DNA of 64,000 nucleotides from Deltaproteobacteria bacterium GWA2_38_16 (lineage in GTDB: Bacteria; Bdellovibrionota; JACOXK01; 2-02-FULL-40-11): positions 153,013 to 217,012 of the forward strand of contig MGPE01000005.1 of assembly GCA_001797335.1 (NCBI GenBank), read 5' to 3'. Each line of letters opens with the position of its first letter. Position 1 is the first letter of the stretch. This document shows, piece by piece, positions 37,436 through 47,768 of this stretch. A model generated the notes under the pieces. That model was given only the letters and a program-made list of their open reading frames with translations. It was not told where the DNA came from and did not search any database. The position numbers were made by a program, and so were the translations under genes.

Positions 37436-40400
37436 TTGTGTAAATCTGCCACTTTAAGGCTTAAAAAATATGGAGGAAATATGACATATATCAGCCGAAG
37501 AAAGTTTTTAAAAGGTTTGGGGGCAGTAGGGACGTTATTAACCTCAGAAACTGTCTTTGGATCTCCTCTTCGATATTTTAAGCCTACCCATGTAGAAAAT
37601 CCCTTAGCATTTTATCCCAACCGGGATTGGGAAAAAGTATATCGAAATATTTTTAAACCTGATTCCACGTTTGTATTTTTGTGTGCTCCCAATGATACCC
37701 ATAACTGTCTTTTAAAAGCGTATGTCAAAAATAATGTGGCGGTTCGAATAGGTCCTACTTATGGATATGGAAAAGCACAAGATCTCTATGGGAATCAATC
37801 GTCTCATCGGTGGGATCCCAGGCTCTGTCAAAAAGGATTGGGATTAGTACGTAGGGTCTATGGGGATCGTCGTTTAAAATCCTCAATGATTCGACAAGGA
37901 TTTAAACAATGGGTAGAGGCTGGATTTCCCAGAGATCCCAAAACTGGAAAGCCGGATTTAAAATATTTTAATCGGGGACGAGATAAGTGGCTCAGAATTT
38001 CTTGGGATGAAGCATTTCAATTATCTGCCAAAGCTTTTTATAATATTGCACAAACCTATTCAGGCAAAGAAGGAGAAAAACGTTTAAAACTTCAAGGTTA
38101 TGATTCTGCGATGATTGAAGCGTTAGAAGGAGCAGGAACACAAACAATTAAAATCAGAGGGGGAATGGCATTTTTAGGATCTACACGAATTTTTGGAATG
38201 TATCGATTTGCCAATATGCTTGCGCTTTTAGATAGCAAAATTCGAGGAGTTGGGCCAGATCACGCCGTAGGAGCCAGAGGGTGGGATAGTTATAGTTGGC
38301 ATACAGATCTTCCACCAGGGCATCCCATGGTGACGGGTACTCAAACCAATGATTTTGATTTATTTGCCGTAGAACATTCAAAGCTTGCTATTGCCTGGGG
38401 GATGAATTGGATTACGACAAAAATGCCAGATTCCCATTGGTTGACGGAAGCCAGGCTCAAGGGAACTAAAACCGTGTCCATCACGGTTGAATACAGTGCA
38501 ACGGCTTCTAAAACCGATGACGTGATTGTTATTCGTCCAGGAACAGATCCAGCCTTTGCATTGGGATTGGCCCAAGTGATTATATCTGAAAAACTCTATG
38601 ATTTGGAGTTTGTATCCAAAAATACGGATCTTCCTTTTCTTATTCGATTAGATACCTTGGAGCCTCTTCGTCCCCAAGATATTATTCCGGGATATGTAGA
38701 GCCTCCTTTAAAAAATATTGTCTTTCTTAAAAAAGGAGAAAAACCCCCGGCAACCTCTACCCATCGCATTCAATATGCCACGGAAGAAATGAAGGATTCT
38801 TTTAAACCGTTTGTGATTGTTGATCAAAAAACCAAAAAATTAACACCGGTGACGAGAGACTCGTTCAGATCGGCAGATTTGTTTTCCAGTCGAACGGTGA
38901 AACTTTTAAATGGGAAGGAAATAAAAGTACAAACCGTGTTTGGGTTAATGAGAGACTATGTAAATCAAAATTTTACGCCTAAACAAACCGAACTTATTAC
39001 TGGTGCTCCTGAAAAAGCAATTATCTTATTAGCCAAACAAATTGCGGCTAATCCAGAAAAAACACTTTTTGTGACGGGTATGGGTCCAAACCAATTTTTT
39101 AATTCTGATTTAAAAGATCGGGCCATCTTTTTTGTGGCAGCCTTAACGCGAAATATTGGATTTCCAGGGGGTAATGTAGGAAGTTATGCTGGAAATTATA
39201 GAGCAGCATTGATTGGGGGAGAGCCCGTATTTGCTGCCGAAGATCCCTTTCATGTGCAACTCGATCCCAAAGGTAAGGTCATTGTTAAAAAATATACGCA
39301 TTATGAATCACTTCATTACTTTAATTATGGTGAGAGGCCGCTTAGGGGAGGGAAAACATTATTTACAGGGAAAAGTCATCTTCCAACTCCTACCAAAGCC
39401 ATGTGGCTCAATAATTCTAACTCTGTCATCGGAAATATTAAGTGGCATTTTGATGTGGTGAATAACACGCTTCCAAAGCTAGAGTTTATTGCATTTGCAG
39501 ATTGGTGGTGGACGGGTTCTTGTGAGTATGCTGATATTGTTTTTGGCGTCGACAGTTGGGCGGAGTTTAAAGTGCCTGATATGTGTGCTTCCTGTACCAA
39601 TCCTTTCCTTCATGTTTATCCCAGAACTCCTCTTCCCAGAATTTTTGATACGAAATCTGATATCGAAGTGATTGCAGGAGTATCAAAAGCGTTAGCCGAA
39701 GTAACCAATGATGCTCGAATGGTTGACATGTGGAAATTTGTTCATGAAGGGAATGTGCAAACATATCTTCAACGGATTATGGATCACTCTTTTACGCTCA
39801 AAGGGTATGATATTGATGATCTAGAGAAAAAAGCCCAAGAAGGAATTCCAACGCTCATGAATAATCGAACCTATCCTAGAATCTCTTCTTTTGAGCAGGC
39901 CACAGAAAAAGAACTTTGGTTTACGAAATCAGGTCGATTGGAATTTTATCGTCCTGAAAAAGAATTTATTGAGCATGGTGAAAATATGGTGGTGTATAGA
40001 GAACCTGTTGATTCAACGCCCTATGAACCCAATGTCATTGTAGCACATCCTCATGTGGCCATTCGTCCTAAAGGGCCCGAAGCACATGGGATGCAGTCGA
40101 GTGATCTTTCGTGTGAAAGTCGCCAAGTGCGAAATGTGATCAAAACGCCAGAAGAAGTAGTCAAAACAGAGCATCCTCTGCGTTCCAAAAAATTTACTCA
40201 CATTTATCATACGCCCAAATATCGACATGGAGCACACACGACTCCTGTTGATACTGATTTTACGGGAGTATGGTTTGGCCCTTTTGGTGATATTTATCGG
40301 CACGACAAACGTCAAGCCTCCGTGACCGAAGGATATGTAGATATAAATCCTTTAGATGCCAAAGAACTGGGGATTGAAGATGGGGATTATGTGCATATAG

Positions 40401-40924
40401 ATGCTGATCCCCAAGATCGTCCTTATAGAGGATGGAAAAAAGGGACTGAGTCTTATCATGTGGGGAGACTCCTTCTCAGGGCTCGTTATTATCCAGGGAC
40501 TCCCAGGGGAGTAGCTCGGACTTGGCACAATATGTATGGAGCTACTTTTGGAAGTGTGAAAGCTCATGAAACCCGGCCCGATGGACTCGCTAAAAATCCA
40601 GAGACAAATTACCAATCCATGTATCGCTATGGCAGTCATCAAAGTGCCACCCGGGCATGGCTACGGCCAACACTTATGACAGAAACATTGGTGAGAAAAG
40701 AAATGTTTGGAAATCAAATGGGCAAAGGATTTGCTGCAGATATTCATTGTCCCGTCGGAGCGCCTCGGGAAGCGTTTGTTAAAATTTCTAAAGCTGAGAA
40801 CGGGGGATTGGGAGGAAAAGGAAAGTGGGGGCCGGCACAGCTTGGATTTCGTCCCACCTATGAAAATGTAGCGATGAAGGAATATCTTAAAGGAAAATTT
40901 ATGAAACGAAAGAAGGAGATGTAA
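37436..40924 (+). CDS. Tat-exported molybdopterin oxidoreductase alpha subunit, type II DMSO reductase family (nitrite oxidoreductase NxrA-like / periplasmic NarG-like)
   Basis: Twin-arginine signal SRRKFLKG (probable start at Met16, about 37481); FS0 motif C-x3-D-x3-C...C followed by YVKNN (cf. NarG H-x3-C-x3-C..YVKNG); about 1150 aa. Confidence 0.8.
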   Translation: MCKSATLRLKKYGGNMTYISRRKFLKGLGAVGTLLTSETVFGSPLRYFKPTHVENPLAFYPNRDWEKVYRNIFKPDSTFVFLCAPNDTHNCLLKAYVKNNVAVRIGPTYGYGKAQDLYGNQSSHRWDPRLCQKGLGLVRRVYGDRRLKSSMIRQGFKQWVEAGFPRDPKTGKPDLKYFNRGRDKWLRISWDEAFQLSAKAFYNIAQTYSGKEGEKRLKLQGYDSAMIEALEGAGTQTIKIRGGMAFLGSTRIFGMYRFANMLALLDSKIRGVGPDHAVGARGWDSYSWHTDLPPGHPMVTGTQTNDFDLFAVEHSKLAIAWGMNWITTKMPDSHWLTEARLKGTKTVSITVEYSATASKTDDVIVIRPGTDPAFALGLAQVIISEKLYDLEFVSKNTDLPFLIRLDTLEPLRPQDIIPGYVEPPLKNIVFLKKGEKPPATSTHRIQYATEEMKDSFKPFVIVDQKTKKLTPVTRDSFRSADLFSSRTVKLLNGKEIKVQTVFGLMRDYVNQNFTPKQTELITGAPEKAIILLAKQIAANPEKTLFVTGMGPNQFFNSDLKDRAIFFVAALTRNIGFPGGNVGSYAGNYRAALIGGEPVFAAEDPFHVQLDPKGKVIVKKYTHYESLHYFNYGERPLRGGKTLFTGKSHLPTPTKAMWLNNSNSVIGNIKWHFDVVNNTLPKLEFIAFADWWWTGSCEYADIVFGVDSWAEFKVPDMCASCTNPFLHVYPRTPLPRIFDTKSDIEVIAGVSKALAEVTNDARMVDMWKFVHEGNVQTYLQRIMDHSFTLKGYDIDDLEKKAQEGIPTLMNNRTYPRISSFEQATEKELWFTKSGRLEFYRPEKEFIEHGENMVVYREPVDSTPYEPNVIVAHPHVAIRPKGPEAHGMQSSDLSCESRQVRNVIKTPEEVVKTEHPLRSKKFTHIYHTPKYRHGAHTTPVDTDFTGVWFGPFGDIYRHDKRQASVTEGYVDINPLDAKELGIEDGDYVHIDADPQDRPYRGWKKGTESYHVGRLLLRARYYPGTPRGVARTWHNMYGATFGSVKAHETRPDGLAKNPETNYQSMYRYGSHQSATRAWLRPTLMTETLVRKEMFGNQMGKGFAADIHCPVGAPREAFVKISKAENGGLGGKGKWGPAQLGFRPTYENVAMKEYLKGKFMKRKKEM

Positions 40925-40927
40925 AGC

Positions 40928-42058
40928 ATGGCAACAGTAAAAAATTGGCAACTGGATCGCCAAATGGATTATCCCTATGAAGAGCACCGACCTAAAAAAC
41001 AATGGGCCATTGTTTTTGATTTAAATAAATGCATTGGATGTCAAACCTGTTCCTTGGCCTGTAAAACCACTTGGACCAGTGGCAAAGGCCAAGAATATAT
41101 GTTTTGGAATAATGTGGAAACAAAACCTTGGGGCAGCTATCCCCTGGCGTGGGATGTCCGAGTACTTGAAAAATTGGGATATCAACACTGGGATAAAAAT
41201 AAACCCTATTCCGGAAAAACCGTTTTTGAAGCTGCTGATCCAGCAGAAAAAGCGGTTCATTTTAATCCTCAAGATGAAGATTGGATGTATCCAAACCGAG
41301 GAGAAGATGATTGTACAGGAAATGTCTCGGGTGGAAAATATTTGACATTACCCCACGACAATTGGTTTTTTTATCTTCCCAGAACCTGTGCACATTGTAC
41401 CTATCCTGCCTGTTTAGCAGCCTGCCCCAGAAAAGCGATTTATAAACGAGAAGAAGATGGTATTGTTCTGATCGATCAATCACGATGCAAAGGATACCAA
41501 GAATGTGTCAGGGCCTGTCCCTATAAAAAGTCTATGTATAATCCCTATACCCGAGTGAGTGAAAAATGTGTGGGGTGTTATCCGGCGGTAGAAGAGGGAA
41601 AGCAACCCATGTGTGTTCAAAATTGCATTGGGAAAATTCGTATTATGGGATTTATTAATCCTCCCTGGAATGCCAGAGAAGATAATCCTGTTGATTATCT
41701 GGTTCACAAAAAAGAATTAGCACTCCCGTATTATCCTCAGTTGGGACTTGAGCCGAATATTTATTATGTTCCTCCCATTCATGCCAATCGGGAGTATTTA
41801 ATTCAGATGTTTGGCCCAAAAGTAGAGGAGGTCATTGAAAATTATAAAAAAATTAAAAATGATCCTATTACCCAGGGACTTTTAGTGCTGATGGGATCTA
41901 CGGATAATATTATTCATCGTTTTAAAGTTTCTGAGGGATCAGCATATGCTTTTGATGAAAAAGGGGATCAAATTGTGAGAGTTCCAGTCACAGAGCCTTT
42001 ATTTATTCGAACCCCTTGGGATGAAAAACTGGGCGTTATTCGAAATAATACGCCCTAA
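40928..42058 (+). CDS. iron-sulfur beta subunit of the type II DMSOR-family enzyme (NxrB/NarH-like)
   Basis: Four ferredoxin-type Cys clusters (CIGCQTCSLAC; CAHCTYPACLAACP; CKGYQECVRACP; CVGCY...C); no signal peptide; immediately follows the alpha gene. Confidence 0.8.
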   Translation: MATVKNWQLDRQMDYPYEEHRPKKQWAIVFDLNKCIGCQTCSLACKTTWTSGKGQEYMFWNNVETKPWGSYPLAWDVRVLEKLGYQHWDKNKPYSGKTVFEAADPAEKAVHFNPQDEDWMYPNRGEDDCTGNVSGGKYLTLPHDNWFFYLPRTCAHCTYPACLAACPRKAIYKREEDGIVLIDQSRCKGYQECVRACPYKKSMYNPYTRVSEKCVGCYPAVEEGKQPMCVQNCIGKIRIMGFINPPWNAREDNPVDYLVHKKELALPYYPQLGLEPNIYYVPPIHANREYLIQMFGPKVEEVIENYKKIKNDPITQGLLVLMGSTDNIIHRFKVSEGSAYAFDEKGDQIVRVPVTEPLFIRTPWDEKLGVIRNNTP

Positions 42059-42962
42059 GAAAGAAGGTGTGAGGGGAATGATGAAGAAAATTTATGCTTT
42101 AATGGTTGTAAGTTATCTTTTATGGGGCCAGGGACTTTGGGCCGAAGGACTTATTGCAAAATATGTTAAAGAGGATCTCTCTAAACTAAATCTTGAAGCA
42201 CTGTTTTGGAAAGAGGTTACTCCAGAGACCATTCAGCTGATAGCTCAGCCCATGGTGGCCCCACGTCCTCAAAAAACATTGACGGAAAAACTTTGGGTAC
42301 AAGTGGTTCATAATGGAGAGTGGATGGCGTTTCGATTTAAATGGAAAGACAAAGAGAAGAGCGAAGCAGGACCTTTGGGTAAATTTTCGGATGCAGTGGC
42401 CATTCAATTTCCAGTGAAAGAAAAAGAAGTGCCCCCGATTTTTATGGGAGCCAAGGATAGCCCCGTTCATATTTTGCATTGGAGAGCACAGTATCAAAAA
42501 GACAAAGAAAAAGGATTCCAAACGATGAAAGATATTTATCCCAATATGAATATGGATATGTATCCTTTAGAATTTGCCAATCAATATTCTCATGATGAGA
42601 TGTTGAAAAAAATCACTGAGGAACAAAGAGAAGTGTTTGTGTCTGGAAAATCTGCTGGAAACCCTCAATCATTTCAAAAAATAAAAGGGGTGGATGAGAT
42701 GATGGCCGAAGGTTTTGGTTCCAGTTCTGTCATTGAAAATACGAGAGCAGAAGCTCAGGGGATATGGCAAAAAAAAGGAAAAGAAGGAGAATGGGTAGTG
42801 CAAATTTCTCGGCCCTTAGCTTTAGAAGGGGGATCTATCTTGAAAGCAGGGCAAAAAAGTTTTATGGCCTTTGCTGTGTGGCAGGGCGGAGAAGGGGAAG
42901 TGGGATGTCGAAAATCTGTGACGATGACCTGGGTACCCTTAATAATTGAGGATAAAAAATGA
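42021..42962 (+). CDS. periplasmic gamma subunit (heme b, EbdC/NxrC-like)
   Basis: Sec signal MMKKIYALMVVSYLLWGQGLWAEG (probable start at internal Met about 42078); position and size fit a gamma subunit. Confidence 0.6.
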   Translation: MKNWALFEIIRPKKEGVRGMMKKIYALMVVSYLLWGQGLWAEGLIAKYVKEDLSKLNLEALFWKEVTPETIQLIAQPMVAPRPQKTLTEKLWVQVVHNGEWMAFRFKWKDKEKSEAGPLGKFSDAVAIQFPVKEKEVPPIFMGAKDSPVHILHWRAQYQKDKEKGFQTMKDIYPNMNMDMYPLEFANQYSHDEMLKKITEEQREVFVSGKSAGNPQSFQKIKGVDEMMAEGFGSSSVIENTRAEAQGIWQKKGKEGEWVVQISRPLALEGGSILKAGQKSFMAFAVWQGGEGEVGCRKSVTMTWVPLIIEDKK

Positions 42963-43624
42963 TGCCTAAACCTACGGATTTTATCGTTGCTTCTTTTTTG
43001 ACCGCATATCCAGATAACTATTTTTGCGATAGCTTAAAGGACATCTTAAATTGTCAAAAACCCAAAGGTATTGATTCTTTCTATTTGGAGCTGAAATCTT
43101 ATATAGAAACACCTCAAAAACTAAATAATTTGCGTTCTGATTATATTGATATTTTTGATCATGGAAAAGAAATCAACTCTCCGTATGAAACGTCTTATGG
43201 GCCTTATAAGGGGATGAATAAGACCATCGATCTTTCAGATTTGATGGGATTTTACAAAGCGTTTGGATTTGAATTGGGAGTGGATGATAAAAGGCGAGAT
43301 ATGGCAGATCATGTTTCTGTTGAGCTTGAATTTTATGCGCTGTTGCTCATGAAAGAAGCCTATTTGAAAAAACACAATGATAAAGAAGGAACTGAAATTG
43401 TTTTAGATGCGTGTAAGAAATTTTTAAAAGATCATTTAGGAAGATTTATTTCAGCTATTGGCAATAGGCCCGCTGTTTTACAACATTCTTTTTATTCGAA
43501 AGTATTTGAGTGGAGTGCTGTTCTTGTTGCCGAAGAATGCAAAAGATTAAATGTTACGCCTACGCCTTTGTCTTACGATTCTCTGATATCCGAATCTGAA
43601 GATTTTAACTGTCGTTTTAAATAA
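42959..43624 (+). CDS. TorD/NarJ-family redox enzyme maturation chaperone
   Basis: 221-aa cytoplasmic protein, fourth gene of the operon; DHVSVELEFYALL resembles TorD/NarJ-family helices. Confidence 0.55.
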   Translation: MMPKPTDFIVASFLTAYPDNYFCDSLKDILNCQKPKGIDSFYLELKSYIETPQKLNNLRSDYIDIFDHGKEINSPYETSYGPYKGMNKTIDLSDLMGFYKAFGFELGVDDKRRDMADHVSVELEFYALLLMKEAYLKKHNDKEGTEIVLDACKKFLKDHLGRFISAIGNRPAVLQHSFYSKVFEWSAVLVAEECKRLNVTPTPLSYDSLISESEDFNCRFK

Positions 43625-45027
43625 TTGGCTAGGCGTAGGGCGAATGCCATAATCGTAATTTGAGGATTGACGCCTAAAGAGGATGGAACCACAGAACCAT
43701 CTGCAATAAAAATTCGGTCAGAACCATAGACTTTTAAATTTTCATCGACGACTCTTTTAATTCCGCAGCTTCCTAACGGATGAAATCCCATGGCGTAGAG
43801 TTGAGAGGGTTTTAAACTTCCAAAATCATATTCTTTTAAATCATTAAAATCTAAAAATTCATTTTGAGATCCACTAAAAGGGAGCACTACTTTTTGTGCG
43901 CCTGCTTTTAAATAGGCAAGTCCAATGAATCGGGCTCCTTCGACTAAATCTAAAAAATCTTTAGGATGCAAAGGGTAGTGAATAAAAAGTCCTAGCCCAG
44001 GATAGTGTCGAACCGTTCCACGACCTCGATCTTTTACAAGGACTCCAAACGAGGCCACATGGTCATACTGTAAAAGCCAGTCATCCAAACTTTTTCCATC
44101 CAAAGGCAAAACAAGGCTGGCCAGTTGAGGGGGAGTAAAAACCCCTTCAAAAGAAAGATAGGGAAAACTGGGGTGTTTAAATCCAATAGCTTGAGGAACA
44201 CCTTTACTACTATATAAAGGATTTTTAAACTGGGCTAAAACTTTAACAGCTGGATGGACGGTGAGTCCATTGCCTGCTTTTTTCCACTCTGTTCCTAATT
44301 TATTTTTACGAATCAGGATAGGAGTTGAGAGACTTCCCGCAGAGATAATAAGTTTTTTACATTCTACCGTTAAAGATTTTTTTTGAGCGTCTTTACAAAA
44401 GAGCAAAACTTTATTTTTTTCTTCTTGGATATGAGTAACGGTAGTTTGGGTAAGAAGGGTGCCGCCTTTTTTTAAAAAAAGAGGAAGAATGGCAACATCG
44501 GTGGATTGCTTGGCTTCGTTCGGGCAGACAAAGGGACATCGTCCGGATCCATCGCAGTTTTTTTCATCTCGATTGAGAGGGGAAGGAGAAGTAAACCCCA
44601 GAGCTTCTACTCCGTTTCGAAAGAGTTTATTGCCAATAGAAATTTTTTCTTCGGGAACCGGATGAATCGAAAGCAATGTTTTTAGTGTTTCAAAATGAGG
44701 TTCTAGCTCAGAGCGTTCAATGGATATGTGAAGTTGGTCTTTCCATTCTTGAATGACAGACTCTGGAGTTTCAAAACACGTTCCAGAATTAATCGTGGTG
44801 GTTCCTCCCACCACTTCTCCCGTTGGGATTCCAATAAATCCTTTTCCAAGACCTCCGATAAATCCCTGATCTCTATAGTAGTGTTGAAGAGAAAAGAGAG
44901 GATCTTGATTTCTTTTGGCCCAATCCCCTTTTTCAATGATGGCAATGTTTCCTAGGGTATTTTGTAATCCATAGGCCGCCAACGCTCCCCCTGCACCGGA
45001 TCCAATAATGCATACATCAAATTTCAT
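43573..45027 (-). CDS. GMC-family FAD-dependent oxidoreductase
   Basis: N-terminal FAD motif DVCIIGSGAGGALAA; C-terminal GMC signature region. Confidence 0.75.
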   Translation of the reverse strand: MKFDVCIIGSGAGGALAAYGLQNTLGNIAIIEKGDWAKRNQDPLFSLQHYYRDQGFIGGLGKGFIGIPTGEVVGGTTTINSGTCFETPESVIQEWKDQLHISIERSELEPHFETLKTLLSIHPVPEEKISIGNKLFRNGVEALGFTSPSPLNRDEKNCDGSGRCPFVCPNEAKQSTDVAILPLFLKKGGTLLTQTTVTHIQEEKNKVLLFCKDAQKKSLTVECKKLIISAGSLSTPILIRKNKLGTEWKKAGNGLTVHPAVKVLAQFKNPLYSSKGVPQAIGFKHPSFPYLSFEGVFTPPQLASLVLPLDGKSLDDWLLQYDHVASFGVLVKDRGRGTVRHYPGLGLFIHYPLHPKDFLDLVEGARFIGLAYLKAGAQKVVLPFSGSQNEFLDFNDLKEYDFGSLKPSQLYAMGFHPLGSCGIKRVVDENLKVYGSDRIFIADGSVVPSSLGVNPQITIMAFALRLANYLKRQLKSSDSDIRES

Positions 45028-45334
45028 AGAGATCCCTTGAGATATTCTTTTTTAAGAGAGAGGAGTACTGGAATTTTTAAAAGGCTAATAAAAATTCTTC
45101 CCGGGAGATGAGAGGCCTGTTGAAGACGAAGAATAAGGGCCAAGGCTTTTTTTTCAGACAGGGTTGAAAAACGATAAAAAAATTCTGTGATAAAAAAAAT
45201 AAAATAAGTAAGTAGACGATATTGAATAGGAAAAGACCGAATACGAGAGAGTGATTGATCGATGACTGTTGAAAGATAAGGGGGTTGAACATGGAGCCTG
45301 GCATAAGAAAAGAGAACTTTTTTTAAAATAGAGT

Positions 45335-46246
45335 TCACAGAAGGATATCCCCAGAAGGTTCTTCTCGGGTGACCCACTCTAATGCGGCACTTTCTGAAAC
45401 CAATGATTTTTTTTCTTTGGTTTTGTGGTCTATAAGAGAGAGTTCCAGAGTGGCTAATTTTGAATTGTGGCAATAAAGATGAGAATTATCTGTATCTGTA
45501 TAGGTAACAACGGCTATTTTTTGAGGGATGCTTTGAACAGTACCTTTGATCGATATATCTTTGTGATGAGCTGAGAAATGCCAAAAGGTATATCCAAATC
45601 GTGTGTGGGTTTTAAAAAGATCAATCGCTGAATTAAAAAAATACTCTTTTCCATTATATTTTAAATATAAAGACGTTAAGGGTTTTAGATGGTGGTGGAT
45701 ACGAGCTGAGAGTCCTTCAAAAATAACGCCTTCTTCTGGAAAGGTATTACAATGAGCCCAGGTCCATTCTTGTGCTTGTTTTTTTCCCCACACATGCCCC
45801 ATCATTCCCCGCACATTATAGAGAGAGTGACTTTTTCCATCGATGGTGAGTGTCCCATTAAAGTGAGCATTCGAAGCAACTGTTTTTGTGGAAGACTGCG
45901 AGAGATGCAAAAATTTAAAGAGAAAAGGAACCGGATCAAAACTTCCTCCTTTATTCTCATAGATAAAGTTCCACTGGAGGCGGTCTAAAGAGCCTTGTGT
46001 TTTTGTATCATTTAAAAGCCCAGAGGGGAGTCTTACGTCTTGAGTAAAGGAAAGATCAGAAAGGGCATAAACTTTTTTTTGAGCAATGATTTTTTCGGGA
46101 TGAAAATAAATCGCCCACAGAGCTGCTTCTTTTGTTTTTCCATTGAGAAGGGTGTAGCGAAACCAAAAGGCTTCTTTAGGGGAAATAACACACTTTCCAT
46201 ACCAGATTTCATAAAAAGGGGATTGACTATGAAAATAAATGTCCAT
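45335..46246 (-). CDS. hypothetical protein (303 aa)
   Basis: Long ORF, aromatic/His-rich; no motif I can assign. Confidence 0.4.
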   Translation of the reverse strand: MDIYFHSQSPFYEIWYGKCVISPKEAFWFRYTLLNGKTKEAALWAIYFHPEKIIAQKKVYALSDLSFTQDVRLPSGLLNDTKTQGSLDRLQWNFIYENKGGSFDPVPFLFKFLHLSQSSTKTVASNAHFNGTLTIDGKSHSLYNVRGMMGHVWGKKQAQEWTWAHCNTFPEEGVIFEGLSARIHHHLKPLTSLYLKYNGKEYFFNSAIDLFKTHTRFGYTFWHFSAHHKDISIKGTVQSIPQKIAVVTYTDTDNSHLYCHNSKLATLELSLIDHKTKEKKSLVSESAALEWVTREEPSGDILL

Positions 46247-46253
46247 AAATCCG

Positions 46254-46718
46254 TCATTCCCGACTCGATCGGGAATCCAGTCTCCTTACCTTAAAATAAG
46301 AAAGTAAAATAATAAAGAAAATTGGAAAATCAATAGCAGCTCCTAATCCATAGAGAAGATTTTCGGTTCGAAAAAGCGCACCCATAAAAAAAATACTGCT
46401 GCTGATTTTTGCGATTAATACCCCTCTGATAGCACTATGGTTTAAAGGAAATTTTGAACCTTCATAAGAAAGGTAGGAAATGGTCATCATCATCGATCCG
46501 GCCAGTGCCACCCAAAAGTATTCACTATTTAAAGGAAGTCCCAAAAGGCGCAACGTCATATCAGGGCGGATGACAAAAAAAAGGCCAACACCTAGAAAGC
46601 AAATAGACCAAAAAAGCATTTCTTTTTGAAATATTTTTAAAGTCACAGAAAGTACTATGAACTTAAAATCGTAAAGATGCAACGAGAGATAATAAAACCT
46701 ACCCATGCTTCGTTTCAT
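46254..46718 (-). CDS. small hypothetical membrane protein (true start may be the internal Met MLFWS)
   Basis: Hydrophobic ORF; annotated N-terminus is encoded by direct-repeat copy 1, so the start is uncertain. Confidence 0.35.
   Translation of the reverse strand: MKRSMGRFYYLSLHLYDFKFIVLSVTLKIFQKEMLFWSICFLGVGLFFVIRPDMTLRLLGLPLNSEYFWVALAGSMMMTISYLSYEGSKFPLNHSAIRGVLIAKISSSIFFMGALFRTENLLYGLGAAIDFPIFFIILLSYFKVRRLDSRSSRE
46663..46696. repeat. 34-bp perfect direct repeat, copy 1 (left boundary of the TA cassette)
   Basis: TTAAAATCGTAAAGATGCAACGAGAGATAATAAA identical to 47735..47768. Confidence 0.8.
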
Positions 46719-46770
46719 AAAAAGTAATAATATATTGCTTTTAATGTAATATTATGTTACATTTTAAGTA

Positions 46771-47325
46771 ATGATTATGAGGACATTTTACGTCAGTGTT
46801 CTTGAGTTAGCACTTTTGGAGAAGCTTATCGTTTTTGGGCGCTCTTATACACATGAGTTGTCTAAAAATCTAACTATTTCGCCTGCCCATGTGAATCGAC
46901 TGTGCCATGCGCTGAGAAAGCGGCAGATATTGAATGTTTCTTCTCAGGAGAATCGAAAATTTTTTGAGTTGAATTATCAGTGTTTGTTAACAAGAGAATT
47001 GCTACGGTTTATAACCGTAATTAAAATAAAAAATTCTAAATATTTTCGAAAATTAGGAGAAATATGCCCTTTTGGAGTTTTTGGAAGTTTTTCGGAAGGG
47101 ATGCAAACAAAAGAAAGCGATTTGGATCTATGGGTATTTTCTGACCGTTCTTTTGAAAAAAAAATCCGTTTAATTATAAATGATATTGAAAAAGAATGGG
47201 AACATATCATTAATATTGTTTATCTGGATAAAAATAAGCTTGAAATAATGAAAAAAAATGATCCAGAATTTTATTATCGCCTTCGATCCCAATCGCTTAC
47301 AGAAAGGGGAGATATTTTTGAATAA
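46771..47325 (+). CDS. minimal nucleotidyltransferase (MNT) with N-terminal wHTH; MntA-like antitoxin
   Basis: GVFGSFSEGMQTKESDLDLWVF (GS...DxD NTase motif); followed by an overlapping HEPN gene. Confidence 0.7.
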   Translation: MIMRTFYVSVLELALLEKLIVFGRSYTHELSKNLTISPAHVNRLCHALRKRQILNVSSQENRKFFELNYQCLLTRELLRFITVIKIKNSKYFRKLGEICPFGVFGSFSEGMQTKESDLDLWVFSDRSFEKKIRLIINDIEKEWEHIINIVYLDKNKLEIMKKNDPEFYYRLRSQSLTERGDIFE

Positions 47326-47746
47326 ACTTAAAGATTGTTTTGAAAAGAAGTTTTTAGTCAGAACGCGCCCTGAACCTGAATTAGCTAAAAAATCTTTAAA
47401 ACGTGGTTTAGCAACGATTGAGGATGTACCCAAAGCTTTAAAAGCAGATTTAGATGAGCTGGCTGAACAAAGGCTGTATCAAAGTGTGTTCCATGGAGTA
47501 AAAGCATTACTCTATAAAGATGGCATTAAAGAAAGATCACATATTTGCGTCAGTTTATATTTTAAAGAAACGTATCAGAAGTTTTTTTCTAAAGATCTTT
47601 TAACCTTATTGGATCGATTAAGGGATGTTCGCCATGAATCTCAATATGGTCTTGATGCCGTTGCCATGAATTCAGAACAAATTCAAAATTGGTTAGCAGA
47701 GGCAGAACAACTTTTAAAAGTAATTTCTCAGCTTTTAAAATCGTAA
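47319..47746 (+). CDS. HEPN-domain protein, HepT-like toxin (probable TTG start)
   Basis: R-x4-HxxQY motif RDVRHESQYG; ORF track opens at 47258 but overlaps the MNT gene, so the start is inferred. Confidence 0.6.
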
Positions 47747-47768
47747 AGATGCAACGAGAGATAATAAA
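47735..47768. repeat. 34-bp perfect direct repeat, copy 2 (right boundary of the TA cassette; overlaps the 3' end of the porin-like gene)
   Basis: Identical to 46663..46696. Confidence 0.8.

Noticed and set aside
37436-40924. Calling the molybdoenzyme a classical respiratory nitrate reductase NarGHJI
   Set aside because: The Tat signal on alpha, a Sec-exported gamma subunit, the alpha-beta-gamma-chaperone gene order and the C-x3-D-x3-C FS0 motif argue for a periplasmic type II enzyme; NarG is cytoplasmic and NarI is a membrane di-heme protein
45024-45473. ORFs 45024..45473 and 45077..45304 in the spacer between the GMC oxidoreductase and the next gene
   Set aside because: Low-complexity translations that partly overlap the start of a better-supported gene; likely non-coding promoter region
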